Of a stretch of 26,034 bases of DNA, positions 24,596 to 26,034 are shown one piece after another. Location: positions 1 through 26,034 of IMG/VR virus record IMGVR_UViG_3300045580_000103; one strand, written 5' to 3'. The notes beneath the pieces were generated by a model, which worked only from the letters and a program-made list of their open reading frames with translations, did not search any database and was not told the DNA's origin. Made by a program: the position numbers and the translations under genes. Positions within the stretch are counted from its first letter, which is position 1, and every line of letters begins with the position of its first letter. The stretch comes from a virus. Taxonomy: Duplodnaviria; Caudoviricetes.

Positions 24596-26034
24596 ACCTG
24601 CTCGACTGGAAACACAAGCTCCTGGGGCGCCCGTACCGTTGCGGCGGTGGCGGGGATTCCGGCTCGGATTCGGATTCGGGGTCGAGCAACGACGCCAACT
24701 GGGGCGATTGGGGTGGCCCTGGCGGGTACCAAGAGGGCAGCTACGACCACGACTCTGGGACCTACTCGGGCGGCAGCTCTGATACCAGTGCGGGGATCGA
24801 CTCCTTTGAATCGGACTGGAATGCGGTGACGAGCGGCGGCCTCACGGCGGCCGAGCAGGCATCTCAAGGCCCTACACCCTCCCCGGACCCGATCGACTCC
24901 TTTGAATCGGACTGGAATGCGGTGACGAGCGGCGGCCTCACGGCGGCCGAGCAGGCATCTCAAGGCCCTACACCCTCCCCGGACCCGATCGACTCCTTTG
25001 AGGCGGACTGGAATGCGGTGACGAGCGGCGGCCTCACGGCGGCCGAGCAGGCATCTCAAGGCCCTACACCCTCCCCGGACCCGATCGACTCCTTTGAGGC
25101 GGACTGGAATGCGGTGACGAGCGGCGGCCTCACGGCGGCCGAACAAGCCGCGCAAGCGGAGCAGTCTGGCGGAGCCCCTCCAGACCGGGACACTCTCGCA
25201 GCGGCCCGCGCGGACGCGCTCATGTCGGCGTTTCCTGGGCTCTCTCGAGAAGACGCGATGGCGCTCGGGTATGTTGGGGTAACCCCTGAGGCCCAGAAAG
25301 CGTACGGCAAGGATTTCGGGTTTGGTATGCACAGCCCAGGACTCGACTTCGCGACCCTTGGTCTGCTCGACCAGCTCGGGTTTGGCGGCGTGGACCTGGG
25401 GTCGTTCGGGTATGCGAACCAGACGGTGGACCAAGCGCTGGCGTCCAAGGCCGCGTCGGACTACCTTGGCCGGAACGTCGGCACCTTGATGGGGACTTTG
25501 GTCGGGAACCCCGCGCTGGGGGCCCTGGTGCAGTCGTTCGCGGATCTTGGGCAAGGGCGCCCGGTGGGCGACGTCGTCTCCAATACGATCGCCGGCCTGC
25601 TGTCGCAGCCGCTCAGCGCCGCGCTCGGCCTATCGGTTCCAGCCAGCGCGATCAGCGCCGCAGCCAAGGGGCAGTACGCAGACGCGATCTACAACACCGC
25701 GGTTGCCAATATCGCGAAATCCACGGGCCTGCAGCCCTCCACCATAGCCAGCGCGCTCGATGGGAAGTTCGGCACCGCCCTGGCGCAGCAGCTGACCGGT
25801 GAGCTGGTCCGCGAAACCACGCTCTCACTGTCCAAAGACACCCCCCTCCTTGCGGGGATCGTCGGCCCCATCGCGGCAGCTTTCGGGCGGCCCGTGGGGG
25901 CGCTGATCGGCGAGGTCCTGGGCCCGCTGAACGCCGGAGCCTTCAGCCTGCGGTCGGCTCTCAACAATGCGATCCCGAGCGGCGGCGGCCTTGCCGGGCT
26001 GCTCAACGGGGCCGGGGCCGGATCAGGGCCAGGG
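24592..26034 (+). CDS. Putative internal virion / DNA ejection protein, truncated by the window end and missing from the ORF track
   Basis: ATGA overlap with the GNAT stop. The frame stays open for 481 codons to the window end: MNLLDWKHKLLGRPYRCGGGGDSGSDS..., then 32-aa repeats, then Gly/Ala/Leu-rich glycine-zipper-like helices. Confidence 0.75.
   Translation, partial: MNLLDWKHKLLGRPYRCGGGGDSGSDSDSGSSNDANWGDWGGPGGYQEGSYDHDSGTYSGGSSDTSAGIDSFESDWNAVTSGGLTAAEQASQGPTPSPDPIDSFESDWNAVTSGGLTAAEQASQGPTPSPDPIDSFEADWNAVTSGGLTAAEQASQGPTPSPDPIDSFEADWNAVTSGGLTAAEQAAQAEQSGGAPPDRDTLAAARADALMSAFPGLSREDAMALGYVGVTPEAQKAYGKDFGFGMHSPGLDFATLGLLDQLGFGGVDLGSFGYANQTVDQALASKAASDYLGRNVGTLMGTLVGNPALGALVQSFADLGQGRPVGDVVSNTIAGLLSQPLSAALGLSVPASAISAAAKGQYADAIYNTAVANIAKSTGLQPSTIASALDGKFGTALAQQLTGELVRETTLSLSKDTPLLAGIVGPIAAAFGRPVGALIGEVLGPLNAGAFSLRSALNNAIPSGGGLAGLLNGAGAGSGPG
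24795..25142 (+). repeat. 96-bp near-perfect tandem repeat, about 3.6 copies
   Basis: ATCGACTCC begins at 24796, 24892, 24988 and 25084. The unit encodes IDSFE(S/A)DWNAVTSGGLTAAEQASQGPTPSPDP. Confidence 0.97.

Noticed and set aside
24795-25142. Possible CRISPR array
   Set aside because: There are no unique spacers. The unit is a whole 96-bp in-frame coding repeat, and no cas genes are present.

Overview
This window is the packaging and virion-morphogenesis region of a high-GC tailed phage with a podovirus-type layout. All credible genes are on the + strand. In order: putative small terminase, large terminase, portal, GroES-like co-chaperonin, scaffold, capsid-associated proteins and a Mu gpT-like major capsid protein. 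These are followed by small basic virion proteins, head-tail adaptors, a tail fibre with an S74 chaperone domain, an M15 endolysin and holin, a tail tube/stabilisation protein, a GNAT acetyltransferase, and a repeat-containing internal protein that runs off the window. Four homing-endonuclease-type genes are present. The most striking element is a 336-aa intein in the nuclease motif of the large terminase. Its endonuclease is not fused in frame. Instead a complete HNH/zinc-finger gene is overprinted inside the intein in another frame, with its own RBS, candidate promoter, start and stop, while the intein frame stays open across it. Also notable are a chained-pseudoknot RNA downstream of the capsid gene (resembling the Mu-gpT-DE motif) and two GIY-YIG genes that appear to have taken over resident translation starts. 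Product calls come from motifs and gene order only; no searches were run.
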